This document shows positions 6,207 to 10,767 of a DNA stretch of 10,767 nucleotides, one piece after another. Position numbers and translations under genes: made by a program. Under the pieces are notes generated by a model. It did no database searches. It was given only the letters and a program-made list of their open reading frames with translations, and was not told the DNA's origin. Numbering within the stretch: position 1 is the stretch's first letter; each line of letters opens with the position of its first letter. The DNA comes from Vulcanimicrobiota bacterium (GTDB lineage: Bacteria > Vulcanimicrobiota > Vulcanimicrobiia > Vulcanimicrobiales > Vulcanimicrobiaceae): NCBI GenBank assembly GCA_003133025.1, contig PKZK01000157.1, forward strand, positions 3,252 to 14,018, read 5' to 3'.

Positions 6207-7072
6207 ACGAAGACCTTCCGCGGCGCGAGCAGCGCGCCGATGGCTTCGCCGACGCCGACCAGCACGCGCGACGAGTCGCGCACGAAGACGTGCTTCGAGC
6301 CGGCGCCTTGCGGCAACGGTACCAACCGTCCCGCGCAGAAGTCGGTCGCGCCGCGCCCGTCGAGCACGATCGTGGGCAACGGAATCACGCGTTCGGGCGG
6401 CACGAGCGACCCGAGCGGGTCGGCGACGATCTGCTCGAGCGTCAAACTTTCGTAGAGCACGAACGGACCCGCGCCCTCGCGCAGCAGCGCACCCATGTGC
6501 GCGACGGTGCCGATGGCCGCGCCCAAATCCTCGCACAGCGTGCGCACGTACGTGCCTTCCGAACAGGCGCAGCGCATCCGTGCGACGCCGCCGGCAAAGC
6601 CCAACAGTCGCAGGCCGTAGATCGTGACGGGCCGCGGCGGACGGTCGACGGTGATGCCTTCGCGCGCCAATTGGTAGAGACGACGGCCTTCGTGATGGAG
6701 CGCGCTGACCATCGGCGGAATCTGTTCGATGCGGCCCACGAATTGCGGCAGCACGTCGAGCAGGCGTTGCTCGGCGTCGGCGGGCACCTCGGCCTCGCGC
6801 AGCGTCTCGCCCGACGCGTCGCCGCTGGCCGTGGCGCGCCCGAGCACGAGCGTGAAGGCATACGCCTTGCGCCGGTCCTCGATCAGCGGGATGAGGCGCG
6901 TCGCTTTGCCGAGCGCGAGCGGAAGCACGCCGGCGGCCGCGGGATCGAGCGTGCCCACGTGCCCCACGGGGAGCTTCGCATCGAGCGCGCTCTCGAAGAC
7001 GCGGCGCACGCGCGCGCCGAGTTGCGTCGACGAAGGTCCCGAAGGCTTGAAGACGTTGAGGAAGCCGATCAC
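6203..7072 (-). CDS. truB: tRNA pseudouridine(55) synthase (289 aa)
   Basis: FLNVFKPSG, catalytic GHVGTLDPAAAGVLP, QIPPMVSA...GRRLYQLAREG, CSEGTYVRTL. GTG start with AGGAG upstream, plus conserved synteny. Confidence 0.95.
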   Translation of the reverse strand: MIGFLNVFKPSGPSSTQLGARVRRVFESALDAKLPVGHVGTLDPAAAGVLPLALGKATRLIPLIEDRRKAYAFTLVLGRATASGDASGETLREAEVPADAEQRLLDVLPQFVGRIEQIPPMVSALHHEGRRLYQLAREGITVDRPPRPVTIYGLRLLGFAGGVARMRCACSEGTYVRTLCEDLGAAIGTVAHMGALLREGAGPFVLYESLTLEQIVADPLGSLVPPERVIPLPTIVLDGRGATDFCAGRLVPLPQGAGSKHVFVRDSSRVLVGVGEAIGALLAPRKVFV

Positions 7073-7086
7073 GTTGAAACCGGCTC

Positions 7087-8085
7087 CTACAAACCCTCCG
7101 CGAGCAAAGCCGCGTGCACCGCCTCGATCGCTTCGGCGAGCGGCCCGCGATAGGTCAAGCCCGACGCACGGAAGTGTCCGCCGCCGCCCAGTCTACCTGC
7201 AGCCGACTGCACGTTGACCCGCCCGTTGCTGCGCAGGCTGACCCGCACCTCACCGTCATAGGCCTTGAACAAGGCCGCCACGTCGACGCCTTCGACCGCG
7301 CGCAGATGCTGCACGATCTCCTCGGTATCTTCGCCGTCCGCGCCCGCCGCGGCCAGCATCGCATCGTCGACCAGCGACCAGCAATACCGTCCGCCGTCTT
7401 CGAGCTTCGCCCGCTCCAGCGACGCACCCACGATCTTGATCGCCGCAAAGCGCTTATTCGAGAAGATCTCGGTGGTGATCAATTCCTTGTCGGCGCCCGC
7501 ATCGATCATCTCCGCCGCCAGCCGCAGTACCTGGGCGTTGGTGTTCGAATGCATGAACGCGCCGGTATCGGTCATGATCGTCGTCAATAGACAGGTCGCG
7601 ATCTCGGGCGTCACGCGCGCGCCCAGCGCGCGCAAAATCCGCAGCACGACGGTGCCCGTCGAACACTCGTCCTCGAGAATGTAGTTCAACCCGCCGAAGC
7701 GCGAATTGGCCAGATGATGATCGATGTCGAGCATATTCCGCCGCTCGAGCGCCGGCAAAAACTCACCGGCCCGCGAGCTGTCGCTCATATCGCAAAACAC
7801 CCAAAGCGCATCCGCCGGCAAGTCCGCAGGCAACGCCCGAGCAACCCGCTCCGCATCGGGCAAAAACCGCAAATTCCGCGGCACCGGATCTTGCTGAAAA
7901 TAGTTGACCCGCTTGCCCATCGCGCGCAACGCCAGCCCCAAAGCCAACCCCGCGCCGAGCGTATCCCCATCGGGCTTCACGTGCGAAACGAAAACGAACG
8001 CTTCGCGCGCCCGCAACTCCGCCACGACGTCGTCGAGCGAAGAATTGGCGGCAGAACGTTCCGGAGCAGCCTCAGTCGGCGTCAT
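7087..8085 (-). CDS. nrnA: DHH/DHHA1 family phosphoesterase, NrnA-like (oligoribonuclease/pAp phosphatase) (332 aa)
   Basis: SHVKPDGD, FCD, IDHH, TDTGAF, VSLRS and GGGH motifs, located between rbfA and truB. ATG 8085 is preferred over 8100 because GAGGAAG precedes it; it overlaps the rbfA 3' end by 14 nt. Confidence 0.9.
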   Translation of the reverse strand: MTPTEAAPERSAANSSLDDVVAELRAREAFVFVSHVKPDGDTLGAGLALGLALRAMGKRVNYFQQDPVPRNLRFLPDAERVARALPADLPADALWVFCDMSDSSRAGEFLPALERRNMLDIDHHLANSRFGGLNYILEDECSTGTVVLRILRALGARVTPEIATCLLTTIMTDTGAFMHSNTNAQVLRLAAEMIDAGADKELITTEIFSNKRFAAIKIVGASLERAKLEDGGRYCWSLVDDAMLAAAGADGEDTEEIVQHLRAVEGVDVAALFKAYDGEVRVSLRSNGRVNVQSAAGRLGGGGHFRASGLTYRGPLAEAIEAVHAALLAEGL

Positions 8086-8476
8086 CGTGCACTTCCTCAT
8101 CAGCCGAAGCCGCAGCCGACGCAGCGGCAGCCGAAGCCGCCGAGGTCTGCGCCAAAACGCGACTCAGTTCGATAGCCCGCTCGGTGGACCGGTCTTCGAC
8201 GAACGAAAGTTCGGGCGTGTGCCGCAAAGCGATAGCATGCCCCAACTCCCCGCGCAAAAACCCCTTAGCCGACTCCAAGGCCAAAAGGCTCTGCTTCGCC
8301 ACATGCCGGTCCCCGATAACGGAAACGAACACCTTCGCATGCTGCAAATCCTGAGTGATCTCAACCCGCGTGACCGTCACGAATCCCAGTCGCGGATCCT
8401 TCAACTCAGTCGAAAGCAGCCGAGCCATCTCGCGCTGTATCTCATGATCGATCCGAGCCCGCCGCTCAGCCTTCAA
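8072..8476 (-). CDS. rbfA: 30S ribosome-binding factor A (134 aa)
   Basis: ELKDPRLGFVTVTRVEITQDLQHAKVFVS, AKGFLRGELG...LRHTPELSFVED. TTG start with GGAGG 9 nt upstream; directly downstream of infB. Confidence 0.96.
   Translation of the reverse strand: MKAERRARIDHEIQREMARLLSTELKDPRLGFVTVTRVEITQDLQHAKVFVSVIGDRHVAKQSLLALESAKGFLRGELGHAIALRHTPELSFVEDRSTERAIELSRVLAQTSAASAAAASAAASADEEVHDDAD
8101..8140. repeat. Short direct repeat encoding the Ala/Ser-rich RbfA C-terminal linker
   Basis: CAGCCGAAGCCGC at 8101-8113 and 8128-8140, with a partial copy CAGCCGA at 8113-8119. It encodes part of SAASAAAASAAASA. Confidence 0.6.
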
Positions 8477-8530
8477 GGCGCGGCCCTCCGAGCGCGCGCC
8501 GGCAAGCGACGTGACCGAACGGCACAGACA

Positions 8531-10767
8531 CTAAGCGGGCACCGCTTCGGGCGCGACGAGCTCCGAGGTGAACGCCTCGATGACGTCGCCCTGCTTGAGG
8601 TCCGAATACCGCGCAATCTGCACGCCGCACTCGAACGACTCGGCAACTTCCTTGACATCGTCCTTGAAGCGGCGTAGCGATTCGAGTTCGCCTTCGAAGA
8701 CGACGGCGGAGTCGCGCAGGATGCGCACCTTGGCATTGCGGGTGAGCTTGCCGCTCTGGACGTAGCAGCCCGCAATGGTGCCGACCTTGGAAACCTTGAA
8801 GACTTCGCGCACTTCCGCGCGGCCGAGGATGACCTCGCGGAACTTCGGCGCGAGCATGCCCACGAGCGCCTTCTTGAGGTCGTTTTCGACTTCGTAGATG
8901 ACGTTATAGAAACGCAGGTCGACGAGTTCGTTCTCGGCGAGGCGCTTGACCGTCTCGTCGGGCCGGATGTTGAAGCCGATGAGCACGGCGTTGGAGGCGC
9001 TGGCCAGGTTGACGTCGTTGGGCGTGATCGCACCGACGCCCGCGTAGATGACGCGGATGTCGGCTTCGGCGTTCGAGAGGCCTTCGATCCGGCCGCGTAG
9101 CGCTTCGACCGCACCTTGGCCGTCGGCCTTGAGGATGAGGTTGAGCGATTTGCGCCCGCCGCCGTCGGCCGGCGTGGACATGAAGCTCTCGAGCGAGATG
9201 CGCGGACCCGAAGACGCCGCGATGCGGACTTCCTGACGCCGCGAACTGCGCTTGGCCGCGGCTTCGCGCGCGACGCGTTCGTCGGAGACGACCATCAAGG
9301 CGTCGCCGGCGCTGGGCACGTCGGAGAGACCCATGATCTCGACCGGAATCGAGGGGCCGGCCTTCTTGACCTGTTTGCCTTTGTCGTCCATGAGCGCGCG
9401 AATCTTGCCGTAGGCGCTGCCGACCACGACCACGTCGCCCGCGCGCAACGTGCCGTTCTGCACGAGCACGGTGGCGACCGCGCCGCGGCCCTTGTCGAGC
9501 GCCGACTCGATCACGACGCCTTGCGCGCGGCGCGTCTTGTTGGCCTTGAGATCGCGGATGTCGGCTTCGAGCAACACGGTTTCGAGCAGGTGATCGATGC
9601 CTTCACCCGTGCGGGCGGAGACAGGCACCATTTCGATCGTGCCGCCCCAATCGACGGGCTGCAGACCCTGTTCGGAGAGCTGCGACTTGACCCGGTCGGG
9701 TTGTGCGTTCTCGCGGTCCATCTTGTTGATGGCCACGACGATCGGCACGTTGGCCGCCTTGATGTGCGAGATCGCTTCGATCGTTTGCGGCATGACGCCG
9801 TCGTCGGCCGCGACCACGAGGATCGCGACGTCGGTGACCTTGGCGCCGCGCGCGCGCATCGCGGTGAACGCTTCGTGACCGGGCGTATCGATGAAGGTGA
9901 TCTTGCGATCGTTCCGTTCGACCGTGTAGGCGCCGATGCGCTGCGTGATGCCGCCCGCTTCGCCCGCGGCCACGTCGGCCGAACGGATCTTGTCGAGCAA
10001 CGACGTTTTGCCGTGGTCGACGTGACCGAGCACGGTGACCACCGGCGGCCGCGTCGAGAGTAACTCGGGCCGGTCTTCTTCTTGCTCGACCACCACTTCT
10101 TCGCCGGCCTCTTTGATGACCGCGTTGAAGCCGAACTTCTTTGCGACGTTTTGAGCGACGGTCGCGGGGATGTTCTGATTGATCGTCGCCATGGTGCCCA
10201 TCTTGATGAGCTCCTTGATGACGTCTTTGGCGGGCACGATCATCGACGTGGCCAGTTCTTGAACGGTCAGCACGTCGGGGATCTCGATCGTCTCGAGAAT
10301 GGTAGGCGCGATCGCAGGCGCCGCATCGAGCGAACCGCCGCGCTTCTTGCGCTGACGCTCCTTGTCGAGCAGCATCTCCTTTTCGCGGTCCTTCTTGGCC
10401 GCCGCGTCGTCGCGATCGCGACCGCGCTGCGGTCCGCGCGGACCGCCCGAGCCGGAACTCGGCGTCGGAGACTGCGTGGTCGGGCCGCCCGGTGCGGGAC
10501 GCTGGTTGGGATTGAAGGGACGCGGGCCGTTGGGATTGGGCGCGCCGGGGCCACCCGGTGGCGTCAGCGGCCGGAACGGGCCGTTGCCGACCGGACGCCG
10601 GCCTTGGATCGGCTGACCGGGCCGTGCCGGCGCGCCGGGCTGGCCGGGACGATAGCCCTGGCCGGGAACGCCGACCTGGCCGGGCCGCGGAGCGACGCCC
10701 GGACGGCCGGGGATGCCGGTCGAGGGTCCGGGCGCCGCCGAAGCGGCAACGCCGTTGGGCGGGGGTT
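8531..10767 (-). CDS. infB: Translation initiation factor IF-2 (5' partial; start lies beyond window end)
   Basis: [20 protein letters not shown] (G1), [28 protein letters not shown] (G3), AINKMD (G4), [20 protein letters not shown]...FECG. The frame stays open for 130 more codons upstream of ATG 10375 to the window edge, encoding a Pro/Gly/Arg-rich N-terminal region. Confidence 0.98.
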   Translation of the reverse strand, partial: PPPNGVAASAAPGPSTGIPGRPGVAPRPGQVGVPGQGYRPGQPGAPARPGQPIQGRRPVGNGPFRPLTPPGGPGAPNPNGPRPFNPNQRPAPGGPTTQSPTPSSGSGGPRGPQRGRDRDDAAAKKDREKEMLLDKERQRKKRGGSLDAAPAIAPTILETIEIPDVLTVQELATSMIVPAKDVIKELIKMGTMATINQNIPATVAQNVAKKFGFNAVIKEAGEEVVVEQEEDRPELLSTRPPVVTVLGHVDHGKTSLLDKIRSADVAAGEAGGITQRIGAYTVERNDRKITFIDTPGHEAFTAMRARGAKVTDVAILVVAADDGVMPQTIEAISHIKAANVPIVVAINKMDRENAQPDRVKSQLSEQGLQPVDWGGTIEMVPVSARTGEGIDHLLETVLLEADIRDLKANKTRRAQGVVIESALDKGRGAVATVLVQNGTLRAGDVVVVGSAYGKIRALMDDKGKQVKKAGPSIPVEIMGLSDVPSAGDALMVVSDERVAREAAAKRSSRRQEVRIAASSGPRISLESFMSTPADGGGRKSLNLILKADGQGAVEALRGRIEGLSNAEADIRVIYAGVGAITPNDVNLASASNAVLIGFNIRPDETVKRLAENELVDLRFYNVIYEVENDLKKALVGMLAPKFREVILGRAEVREVFKVSKVGTIAGCYVQSGKLTRNAKVRILRDSAVVFEGELESLRRFKDDVKEVAESFECGVQIARYSDLKQGDVIEAFTSELVAPEAVPA

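Noticed and set aside
6207..6536. 110-aa N-terminal extension of RibF in the ORF track
   Set aside because: It is an alternative frame inside truB with Arg-rich, non-protein-like sequence. The GTGA overlap at 6203-6206 gives a normal RibF start.
9930..9960. IF-2 switch-1 variant [10 protein letters not shown] (usually GGITQHIGAY)
   Set aside because: A single substitution at a position that varies among IF-2 proteins; all core GTPase motifs are intact.
2049..10063. Numerous long overlapping ORFs (e.g. 2049..3107, 2734..3984, 4946..5929, 6290..7153, 7904..8677, 9116..10063)
   Set aside because: Expected stop-codon scarcity in alternate frames of high-GC genes; no recognisable motifs; all overlap well-supported genes.
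1..10767. tRNA/rRNA genes, CRISPR arrays, IS elements, prophage or defence genes
   Set aside because: The window is almost fully tiled by CDSs, with a largest gap of 180 bp. No repeat-spacer pattern, transposase/integrase motifs or terminal inverted repeats were seen.

Overview
High-GC bacterial window with three blocks. (1) On the minus strand is the distal part of a conserved translation operon, infB (5' end beyond the window)-rbfA-DHH/DHHA1 phosphoesterase (nrnA-like)-truB-ribF, followed by a TlpA/ResA-like thioredoxin. (2) On the plus strand is a two-gene unit converging on block 1: an atypical 649-aa Clp/Hsp100 ATPase, translationally coupled to a small putative secreted protein with four cysteines. 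(3) Divergent from the Clp gene is a minus-strand run of a 7Fe-type ferredoxin, a class I SAM methyltransferase and a geranylgeranyl-reductase-family FAD oxidoreductase (3' end beyond the window, absent from the ORF track). The most unusual element is the Clp ATPase. It has a ClpE/McsA-type CxxC-x22-CxxC zinc finger, then RRRR and a ~22-residue hydrophobic helix, then two intact AAA+ modules. It lacks both the coiled-coil middle domain and the ClpP-docking IGF/L loop, suggesting a minimal, possibly membrane-tethered, stand-alone unfoldase. Also notable are a sharp patch of synonymous cytosine avoidance across rbfA/nrnA and a multi-hairpin ferredoxin leader with a displaced Shine-Dalgarno-like sequence. 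No RNA genes, CRISPR arrays or mobile elements were seen. All calls come from motif recognition by eye; no searches were run.
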